Positions 9,020 to 17,139 of a DNA stretch of 32,000 bases are shown here, one piece after another (the stretch's first letter is position 1; the number at the start of each line of letters is the position of its first letter). Location of the stretch: assembly GCA_000175855.1 (NCBI GenBank), contig ACYB01000035.1:180001-212000 (forward strand), given 5' to 3'. The position numbers and the translations under genes were made by a program. The notes beneath the pieces were generated by a model. That model searched no databases, was not told the DNA's origin, and worked only from the letters and a program-made list of their open reading frames with translations. This DNA comes from Raphidiopsis brookii D9. Lineage in GTDB: Bacteria > Cyanobacteriota > Cyanobacteriia > Cyanobacteriales > Nostocaceae.

Positions 9020-9973
9020 TTAGGAATTAAAAATTATCAATGGATTGGTTTTATTAGTTTGCCATGCTTGCCAACGTCCACGCAAGGAAGCATACAATTT
9101 TTTGTTGATAATTCTCCCTTGACTAGGTAAAAATCTTAACCACTGTACTATGCCTAAAGCATCTCTTGTTCCTATGAATATTGCCCATAATAAAAAAACG
9201 ATTTGCCTTAAAGGTGGCAAGTATTCTAGTAAAACTAGGGTTTCATTATGGACTAAGTTAGTTAGGGCAATTTCATTGAAATTTTCCCTCTGATCTTCAT
9301 CAAAGCGAGTAGCTGGATAGTGATCTACTGCTATTTGAGGGTCATAAATTATTTTCCACCCCGCACGTTTGAGAGCTAGGGTAAATGCCATTTCAAAATG
9401 TACTTGGGCCCCTGTACCACGCATCCTTTCATCAAAGGTTAGTTCCCCTATGGACTGGATGCGAAAACTCATATTCACACCTTTGAGGATATCCACTTCA
9501 CGAGCTTTTCCCGTTCCTAAATGATGGTTACCAATGACTCTTCCAAACCACTGTATACGTCCCACCACTGCACGAGAATCCTGCTCTATCTTATCTCCAT
9601 GTACCCAGTCCCTTCCACCTACTGCAGCGATACTACTATCTTTGGCAAAATGGGCAGTAATTTTTTCTAACCAGTCAGGATGGGGTGCAGCATCATCATC
9701 AGTAATGGATACTAGGTCTCCATTGACAACTTGTAGTCCAGTGTTCAGAGCTTGTACTACTCCTGACTTTGTAACTGTAACTATTTGCAATGGTAGGTTA
9801 TCACAAGATAGTTTGCTTGGCAATTGACTCAAAAATTCCCAGGTCTGTGTATCCACATCCCTAACTACTATAATTATTTGATTAGCTGGTCTAGTTTGGG
9901 CTTGAAGTGCGACAAGGCACCGCCATAAATCGTGGGGACGACGATAAGTAGGAATAAGAACTGTGTTGCGCAT
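9020..9973 (-). CDS. Glycosyltransferase family 2 protein
   Basis: VLIPTYRRPHDLWRCLVALQAQ, DDDAAPHPDWLEKI, and a G.N.S.R segment (LKGVNMSFRIQSI). Confidence 0.93.
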   Translation of the reverse strand: MRNTVLIPTYRRPHDLWRCLVALQAQTRPANQIIIVVRDVDTQTWEFLSQLPSKLSCDNLPLQIVTVTKSGVVQALNTGLQVVNGDLVSITDDDAAPHPDWLEKITAHFAKDSSIAAVGGRDWVHGDKIEQDSRAVVGRIQWFGRVIGNHHLGTGKAREVDILKGVNMSFRIQSIGELTFDERMRGTGAQVHFEMAFTLALKRAGWKIIYDPQIAVDHYPATRFDEDQRENFNEIALTNLVHNETLVLLEYLPPLRQIVFLLWAIFIGTRDALGIVQWLRFLPSQGRIINKKLYASLRGRWQAWQTNKTNPLIIFNS

Positions 9974-11093
9974 TTTGGATTACTTCAGTAAATAAATCTA
10001 AATAGTTTTGTGCCATTATCTTCCAGCTATATTGCTCAGCAATAGCGCGAGCAGCTCTGCCCATTTTTTGACGTAACTGGTAATCGCTTTTTAGCAATTC
10101 TAAAGACTGAGCTAGGCTATTTATATCATTGCAGTCAGCTAATACAATTCCACAAGCAGGGGTAACTAGATCTGCTGCACCTGTGCTTTTGGACGTAATT
10201 ACTGGTAAACCGGAAGCCATTGCTTCAATTACTACTAGTCCAAAAGGTTCATAACGGGAAGGAAATACAAAAAAATCTGCTGCTTTTTGCAGAAGTGGCA
10301 TATCTCGACGATAACCTAAAAAATGTACTCGTTGACCTAATTGTAATTTTTCTACCATTTTGGGATAGGGACTATTTTTAGTTTCTCCCACCACAGCTAA
10401 ATGTAAATCGGGAACTTTTACTAAGGACTGAAGTACGGTATCTAAATTTTTGCGGGAGATGCGAATATCTCCTGCAAACATTGCTAAAGTGACATTTTTT
10501 GGTAACCCTAATTCCTCCCTTTCTATGCTTCCCGGTGTGAATTCTTCTAGGTCTACTCCATTGGCAATCACGCGAATTTTCCTGGGATCTACACCAATAT
10601 TTATGAGTTCCTCCGCCACTTTTGTGGAAACCGCTACCACAACTTTACTTTTGCGAAATGCCTGTTTTTCCCAATAGGAATTTATCCCGGTATATAGCCA
10701 CTGATATAAACCATATAGGTCTCGATGCTCTTGAGAAATATGTACAGGCGATCGCCACCAAGAGTTATGCACAAAATGCACAGCATTTACATCACTATTA
10801 ACTCCAGTAATTGCCCCATTAAGTTTTACGATGTCAAGCTCTCCGCGATGATCTCGTAACCAGCGGGCACTTTTTTGGGCAAAGACCAAATTACGAATGA
10901 ATTCGGTGGGATATTTATGGACAATAATTGGAACCCAATCAACGGAAATACTCTCTGCTAGTTCAGGAGCGACTTCACTGGCCAATAGTGTTAATTGATG
11001 ACCACGACGTATCAATTCCATCGCTATTTCATAATTAACTCTACCCTGGCCATCAGCTTTTCTAATCTTGTGGGTGACAATACAGATTTTCAC
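9891..11093 (-). CDS. Glycosyltransferase family 4 protein
   Basis: GQGRVNYEIAMELIRRGHQLTLL, VIANGVDLEEFTP, VFPSRYEPFGLVVIEAMASGLPVITSKSTGAADLV. Overlaps the next gene by 83 bp. Confidence 0.93.
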   Translation of the reverse strand: MKICIVTHKIRKADGQGRVNYEIAMELIRRGHQLTLLASEVAPELAESISVDWVPIIVHKYPTEFIRNLVFAQKSARWLRDHRGELDIVKLNGAITGVNSDVNAVHFVHNSWWRSPVHISQEHRDLYGLYQWLYTGINSYWEKQAFRKSKVVVAVSTKVAEELINIGVDPRKIRVIANGVDLEEFTPGSIEREELGLPKNVTLAMFAGDIRISRKNLDTVLQSLVKVPDLHLAVVGETKNSPYPKMVEKLQLGQRVHFLGYRRDMPLLQKAADFFVFPSRYEPFGLVVIEAMASGLPVITSKSTGAADLVTPACGIVLADCNDINSLAQSLELLKSDYQLRQKMGRAARAIAEQYSWKIMAQNYLDLFTEVIQNAQHSSYSYLSSSPRFMAVPCRTSSPN

Positions 11094-11228
11094 TTCTCAC
11101 CTCAAACTTTTAGTTGTTCTAGTCCTAAAAACTTCTGCTAATTTTTTTACCATTCCCAAAATTTGTTTATTTGGTCTATGCTACGATTATATAAAAATCT
11201 GGCTAAGATCAAGATTAATATCTAATCT

Positions 11229-12221
11229 TCATGAAGTACTGCTCAAAAATTTATTAATTAATTTTGGATGGAAGAAACTAATTAACAAGGCAATAATAGT
11301 CCGAAAATTCAATCTTTCTTGCCGTAAAACTTGCCAAAAATAAGAACGTGCTGCAGATGGTTGATTTTCTCTTATTAGTCCAATACCTAAGGTTGTATGT
11401 GCTTCTAACCATAATTTTTTAAAGTGATTATAGAAAGACTGTAAATGGGGGTCATTCATAAATATCTTGTAACAGAAAATTTCACTTTCAGCCTTGCTGA
11501 TTTTTGCTTTTACATTGCGTCTACCACTGAGCATAGTGTCCGTTTGTTCATGTTCGCGATAGTAAGTTAGTTTTTCTGGGACATAGTAAGCACCATAGCC
11601 AGATACAGAGGATAAATATGTCAAATATAAGTCCCACATTCCTCCTACCTGCAAGGGAATAGCATCCCAATTAATCAAACCATTACGAATTACACAAGCA
11701 GCAGCGGTGGGAATACTCTTATCGACTAAGCCCATTTTTAAAAAATTCTTATGTATTCCAAGGGGTATTTGATCTCGTTTATAAGCACGAGAAGTTTTCT
11801 GGGTAGCATCAAGATTGATTTGACCATTAGCATCTATAATATATTGGTCACAAAAAGCAAGAATCAAATCCGAATTGTGCTCCAAATGTGGTACGAGTGT
11901 GTCCAGAAAATCGGGATGCCATAGGTCATCATCATGGAGGGTAGCGACATATTTACCCTGTGCCATTTTGAGAGCATGGATCTGATTTTTGAGCATTCCT
12001 ACATTTTGTGGGTGTTGCCAAAATCTGATCCGTGGATCAGAAAAATCAGCTACCAAATTTGCTGGACTTTCTACACTACAATTATCCGAAACAATAATTT
12101 CAATGTTCTGATATGTTTGGAGAGCAGCACTGAAAATTGCTTGTTTGAGATATTGAGGACGATTATAAGTAGGGATAATGACACTAACTAAGGGTGGTAG
12201 TAAGTCAGAAGTTATGGACAT
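11229..12221 (-). CDS. Glycosyltransferase family 2 protein
   Basis: VSVIIPTYNRPQYLKQAIFSALQTYQNIEIIVSDN, GKYVATLHDDDLWHPDFLDTL. Confidence 0.93.
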   Translation of the reverse strand: MSITSDLLPPLVSVIIPTYNRPQYLKQAIFSAALQTYQNIEIIVSDNCSVESPANLVADFSDPRIRFWQHPQNVGMLKNQIHALKMAQGKYVATLHDDDLWHPDFLDTLVPHLEHNSDLILAFCDQYIIDANGQINLDATQKTSRAYKRDQIPLGIHKNFLKMGLVDKSIPTAAACVIRNGLINWDAIPLQVGGMWDLYLTYLSSVSGYGAYYVPEKLTYYREHEQTDTMLSGRRNVKAKISKAESEIFCYKIFMNDPHLQSFYNHFKKLWLEAHTTLGIGLIRENQPSAARSYFWQVLRQERLNFRTIIALLISFFHPKLINKFLSSTS

Positions 12222-13402
12222 GTTGTTAACTCACTATGGTTGGTTTGACTTGGCTTTTGATAAATGGTTTCTAGGAAACGTAAAGCTGTGGGAGCGGGAC
12301 TATAATTTTCCATAGCCCATTTTCTACCCTCTGTAGCAATTGCTGGTAAAATTTCCGGTTGATCGGCAATTTTTTCGATTGTGGCTTTGACATTATCAAA
12401 ATCCACACCAATATAATGTCGCCAATTTTCTGGCATAACAGGTAAACAAACACCATATTTTTCAAAATCTACATGAAAGATAACACATCCAGCTGCTAAA
12501 GATTCCCACAATCGCCAACTGTCCCACTGTACTATCTGATGGGATTTTAACTCTAAATGACTGAGCATTTGCTTACCTATACGATTAAGTAAACTGGCTG
12601 GGTTATCAGGCCAGCTAGGCACAAAAAAACCTCCAAAACAAGCACAAGCAGCGGAGTTTTTTAGACGCTGGTAAAAGCTGGGATAATGTCTCTTACCGGT
12701 TTGTAACCACTGCAATTTATGATATGGGTCTGATGTTAGATTATAGGGAGTATCAATACTGTTGTCTACGGAGAAAATTTTACTGACTTGGGGTATAAAC
12801 ATCCGAGAACTAATATTTCTCACCGGATGGCCTTTTTTCCAATGGCGAAAATTAACCAAAATTCGTTTTTGACGATGATCGAAATCTGGCACTATGTTAA
12901 CTTCTCGTAAAACTCGACTGCTTAAACCAAAAGCCCAGGGGTAAAAATTATTCCTAGATTTACTATTTCCATATTGTAACTTACGATTATGATGGGTGCG
13001 AAAAATAAAATCAAACTGGTTGAATTCAAGTCTAGTGCTATAGGTTTTATCACTGTCTTCTCCATCTAGGTAAACCGTAAGATATCCACGATTCGGTTTA
13101 AATAGATTATTTAACTGGGGATGATTAACAGACAACCAAATATTAGTTAATATAACTAATTCACAATCATCAAAAGTAATATTTGGGTCATAATTAAAAA
13201 GATATTTTTCCTCTTGAGCTGATTCTAACCAATAATTGACATTAGCAAAAAATGAGATTCCTAGTTCCTGAAAACCTTCAGCTAAGCAAACCAGTAAATG
13301 TTGAAATTGATCACCAACATCATCCAACTCTCGAGGATCACATAAAAAATATACTTTACCATTAAACTTATGTTTCAGCTGTGCAATCGTTTGTGCAATC
13401 AT
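12212..13402 (-). CDS. Putative glycosyltransferase (GT-B/exostosin-like C-terminal region)
   Basis: Located within the HEP-like locus; QWDSWRLWESLAAGCVIFHVDFEKYGVCLPVMPENWRHYIGV resembles the donor-binding region of a GT-B enzyme. Overlaps the downstream gene by 10 bp. Confidence 0.65.
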   Translation of the reverse strand: MIAQTIAQLKHKFNGKVYFLCDPRELDDVGDQFQHLLVCLAEGFQELGISFFANVNYWLESAQEEKYLFNYDPNITFDDCELVILTNIWLSVNHPQLNNLFKPNRGYLTVYLDGEDSDKTYSTRLEFNQFDFIFRTHHNRKLQYGNSKSRNNFYPWAFGLSSRVLREVNIVPDFDHRQKRILVNFRHWKKGHPVRNISSRMFIPQVSKIFSVDNSIDTPYNLTSDPYHKLQWLQTGKRHYPSFYQRLKNSAACACFGGFFVPSWPDNPASLLNRIGKQMLSHLELKSHQIVQWDSWRLWESLAAGCVIFHVDFEKYGVCLPVMPENWRHYIGVDFDNVKATIEKIADQPEILPAIATEGRKWAMENYSPAPTALRFLETIYQKPSQTNHSELTTCP

Positions 13403-13439
13403 TGTCGTGTATTTTGTATATTTGATAAAAAACTAGAAA

Positions 13440-15281
13440 CTATCTGATATCATTTTGTGTCTGATAATATTGCCAAAATTTACCTTGTTGTTGAATCAGA
13501 TCTTGGTATGAACCCTGTTCCATAATTTTTCCCTGTTCAATGACCACAACTTTATCAGCTTTAGCCACTGTAGAAAGACGATGGGCAATAACAATTACTG
13601 TTCGCCCAATAGTAAATTTATCTAACAACTCTTGAATTACCTGTTCTGTAATTGCATCCAATGCACTAGTTGGCTCATCTAAAATCAGGATTTCGGGATT
13701 TCTCACTAAAGCTCGAGCAATGGCAATTCTCTGTTGTTGTCCTCCAGATAATTGCATGCCATCAGCACCAATTATGGTATCAAAACCTTGAGGTAATTTT
13801 TGAATAAATTCAAGAGCATTGGCTAACCGTGCAGCTTCAATAATTTCTTCCTCGGTGGCTAGGGGTGTACCATAGGTAATATTATGACGAATTGAAGTGT
13901 TAAAAATAAAACTTTTTTGACCAACTATAGCCATTTTCCAACGAAGAGAGTTGATTTCAAATTTTTGGAAATCTAACCCATCTAGCAAAATTCTCCCGTT
14001 AGTTGGTTCATGGAATCTAGCAAGTAAGTCAGCTAATGTGGTTTTACCACCACCTGATGCACCAACTAGGGCAGTCATTTTACCTTTTTCTATTGTCAAA
14101 GTGATATCTTTAAGAACTAAATGATTGGGTTCATAGCCAAAATTTACAGCCTGTATATCTATAGCTTTTTGAATCCCACTAAATTTAAGATAGCCATTTT
14201 TAAAATAGGCTTTATTTTCAGGATTTAATAAATCTTTGATATTTTCTACCGCACCAGCTTGAGTATTTAAAAATGCTAAAACTCCGTTGACATCTTGAAT
14301 CATTGGTACCAGACGAAATAGGACAAAAAAGAAAGTCAGGAGGTTAGAAATTGGCATTAAATGTATAACTATAGCCATGCAAATAATACCAACCAAAATC
14401 AGGGTTGATATACTATCCGCCAGGGGTTTAACTATCAGGGAAATCCAATAAACTCTACGCCAAGATTTAACAATGTTGGCGCTGGCTTCAAAGTATCTTT
14501 CCTGTTCAACCTGTTGTGTACAAAAAGCATGAACTACACGGATACCATCCAAAAACTCCAGCACTCTAGTGGTAAAAATATCATTGGCTTTAGTAATCTC
14601 AAAACTGCGTTCCCTAATATGTTTATTTAGTGTGGATAGTCCCAAGGCTAAAAAGCTAAATAGGAAAATAGACAAGATGGAAAGATGCCAGGATAAAACA
14701 AATAGGGAAATTGAGTAGACTGCCAAAGTAAGACTTTTTGTTACTAAAAAAGCCAATCCTCCGAAAATCTGTCTAATTCTCTCCATTTCATTGGTGAGAG
14801 TATTAATCAATTCTCCAGAGCTTTTTTTAGAAAAGTAACCTAGAGTTTGTGTACTCAATTGTTCAAATATGCGTTTACGCAAATTATCTACTAAATTAAT
14901 CTCACTAAACTGAATACATAATTGTCCTATATAGTTAAATAATGCCCGTATACAGGTAGTAACTACAATGAGAGCGGATATGCGATATAATCGTTCTATT
15001 ATTGGAGTATTAACTCCTAAAATAAAAATATCAACCCAATCAATTCCCGTCTTTACAGGTTCAGCAGTGGGAGTGGTTAAACTCTGTAGAAATACCAACA
15101 AAAAACCTAAACCAAATCCCTCAAAACTAGCAGCAAGAGCTGAAAAAAATATGGCACCAATGGCCATCAAGCGAAAATGCTGGAACTCTTTGAGAATTAA
15201 TTTATGGTTTTGCCAAAAACTTGCACTTTGCAAGATTTCGAGAGGGAGACTAGCAAGTTTAAGGTGCATAGGAATTATCAA
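13440..15281 (-). CDS. hepA: HepA-like heterocyst envelope polysaccharide ABC exporter (fused TMD-NBD)
   Basis: Six-TM exporter domain plus NBD: Walker A VGASGGGKTTL, signature LSGGQQQRIAIARAL, Walker B ILILDEPTSALD, H-loop IAHRLST. Immediately downstream of a hepC-like gene, as in the Anabaena HEP island. Confidence 0.85.
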   Translation of the reverse strand: MIIPMHLKLASLPLEILQSASFWQNHKLILKEFQHFRLMAIGAIFFSALAASFEGFGLGFLLVFLQSLTTPTAEPVKTGIDWVDIFILGVNTPIIERLYRISALIVVTTCIRALFNYIGQLCIQFSEINLVDNLRKRIFEQLSTQTLGYFSKKSSGELINTLTNEMERIRQIFGGLAFLVTKSLTLAVYSISLFVLSWHLSILSIFLFSFLALGLSTLNKHIRERSFEITKANDIFTTRVLEFLDGIRVVHAFCTQQVEQERYFEASANIVKSWRRVYWISLIVKPLADSISTLILVGIICMAIVIHLMPISNLLTFFFVLFRLVPMIQDVNGVLAFLNTQAGAVENIKDLLNPENKAYFKNGYLKFSGIQKAIDIQAVNFGYEPNHLVLKDITLTIEKGKMTALVGASGGGKTTLADLLARFHEPTNGRILLDGLDFQKFEINSLRWKMAIVGQKSFIFNTSIRHNITYGTPLATEEEIIEAARLANALEFIQKLPQGFDTIIGADGMQLSGGQQQRIAIARALVRNPEILILDEPTSALDAITEQVIQELLDKFTIGRTVIVIAHRLSTVAKADKVVVIEQGKIMEQGSYQDLIQQQGKFWQYYQTQNDIR

Positions 15282-15314
15282 TAGTAATAGAATTAATCAC
15301 AATCAAGGCAAAAA

Positions 15315-16259
15315 TTACATAGGAGCGCGACGGATAAAACGACCAATAGCTGAACCAAGTAGAATCTCTAAATTCTGCTGAATTAGTTTGGCATTGGAAT
15401 AAAGTTTAATAGGTGTACCGCTGTGTTTCCAATACAATTTATCTGTGATAGTAGGAGCACTGCCCAACAAAGCACTCAGCATCAACTTTTTACGCCAAGG
15501 TTTGATATTTGGTACTGTCGCATGAGACATAATGGTACCACCAGGAATAAAATCCATGCCGTCAGGTCCAACCGTACTTAAAGGATAATTATTTAACATT
15601 AAAGCTAAATTCAAGTAAGTTTGATCTCCATATAAATAGGGAGGAAAATTAAAAGTACGATTCCCATAAAGATCCGTTAGGTCGCTGTAACCCAATTTCT
15701 CACCTATTTCTTGCAAATTTTGCCAAGTGGTCAGAACTGATTGATATTGCTTGGGTATGCCAATAAACCCACTATTATAGTGATAATCTAATTGGCGTTC
15801 ACAAATAAAACCATTACTTTTGGCAAATTCTTTCCATGCTAGTCTCCGGGGATGATTAGCAGGAACCAAATACCAGGAGTCACCACAAATGGCAATCCCC
15901 CGACTAACCCAGTTTTCATAAAAGCTCCATTTACACTTATTGACTATATCAGGATCAAAGTAAAATAATGCCTCCATATCACAACAGTATTTTTGCCATA
16001 GTAGAGACATAAAATCGGGTTTGTAAAAACCTAGATGTTTATTGGTTTTTACCTCTATAAATCTGATGGCACAATCCGGAGACACAGTAAACTCTTCATA
16101 ACCTGCTCCTGTTTTTAAATACTTCGCCCAACTTGGTAATTTACCACGATAGCCAGCCCAGCATATTCCTTTAAAACCATGATGGTGTAATGAGTTGACC
16201 AAGGCACCCACACCATAGTGGTAGTCTTTTTCAAATACGGTACAAATAGCGGTTTTCAT
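15315..16259 (-). CDS. Putative glycosyltransferase, GT8/GT-A-like
   Basis: N-terminal MKTAICTVFEKDYHYGVGALVNSLHHHGF, DxD-type ALFYFDPDIVN, and a late histidine region (GTIMSHATVPNIKPW). Family assignment tentative. Confidence 0.65.
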   Translation of the reverse strand: MKTAICTVFEKDYHYGVGALVNSLHHHGFKGICWAGYRGKLPSWAKYLKTGAGYEEFTVSPDCAIRFIEVKTNKHLGFYKPDFMSLLWQKYCCDMEALFYFDPDIVNKCKWSFYENWVSRGIAICGDSWYLVPANHPRRLAWKEFAKSNGFICERQLDYHYNSGFIGIPKQYQSVLTTWQNLQEIGEKLGYSDLTDLYGNRTFNFPPYLYGDQTYLNLALMLNNYPLSTVGPDGMDFIPGGTIMSHATVPNIKPWRKKLMLSALLGSAPTITDKLYWKHSGTPIKLYSNAKLIQQNLEILLGSAIGRFIRRAPM

Positions 16260-16340
16260 TTTTTGTTGCCGTTGTTAGCTGTTGTTAATTATGTGAATTT
16301 TCATGGGTTATTAGCAACCTTATCTTAGGAGTAAGTTTGT

Positions 16341-16985
16341 CTAAAGCTTGGAGTATTTGGAGTTAAATAGACTAGTTTCACCGCGCAAGATATTGAATAG
16401 CTCTGGCAATCTATATAATCTTAACTTCCTCATCCCTAGGCTTGAGATCGGAAGATTTTGTTGAAGATTATGATTGAAATTTACCAACCGAAATAATTTG
16501 CCTTTTTTGCCAGTACACCATTCATACTTAAATATTGACTCCGGTGATTTTAATAACATTAATAAGACTATAACTCCTATTAAAGGACTAAATAAAGATA
16601 AAAAGAACAATGCCAAAAATATATCTATTGTTCTCTCTAATATCCCCAATATATCCTCACCTATTGTAAGAGGTTGATTTTTATTAACAGGCCGTATATA
16701 TATTGGTTTATTAGCCTTCTCACAAGCATTCGCCCAAAATTTTAATGTGGGGGTTCCCAATTTGGAATCTATAGTTACTAAATTAACTGTGGAATGTTTT
16801 AGACAGTTAATCAATTGTTGTTCATTATTTAGGGAAGGTAAATGTATTTGTGAGTAATTTCGGGAGGATGTAACTAATAACTGATTCCTACGCCATTTAA
16901 GAGAGTAAGATGGAAAGGCAAAATTTTCAGATAGGTCAGATACAACACTAGATGGCTGTAAACTAGGAAAAATAGAAGTTGTCAT
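16341..16985 (-). CDS. hepC: HepC-like truncated bacterial sugar transferase (monotopic phosphoglycosyltransferase fold)
   Basis: LERTIDIFLALFFLSLFSPLIGVIVLLMLLKSPESIF and MRKLRLYRLPELFNILRGETSLF align by eye with PGT signature regions. Directly upstream of hepA. Confidence 0.75.
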   Translation of the reverse strand: MTTSIFPSLQPSSVVSDLSENFAFPSYSLKWRRNQLLVTSSRNYSQIHLPSLNNEQQLINCLKHSTVNLVTIDSKLGTPTLKFWANACEKANKPIYIRPVNKNQPLTIGEDILGILERTIDIFLALFFLSLFSPLIGVIVLLMLLKSPESIFKYEWCTGKKGKLFRLVNFNHNLQQNLPISSLGMRKLRLYRLPELFNILRGETSLFNSKYSKL

Positions 16986-17139
16986 TGTCGTGTTTTTCCT
17001 CTCTCTATATTTTCTATAATAGAATAAGATGGTTAGTTGATTTGTGAACTCATGAATTCTTTATTTATTCTTGACTAACTCTTGATTAATTCCTTAAATA
17101 ATATAGAACAATAGAAAATTCCCCGTTTCCCCAGAATAA

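Noticed and set aside
14968-15381. 137-aa plus-strand ORF
   Set aside because: Antisense to the hepA 5' region; no recognisable motifs.
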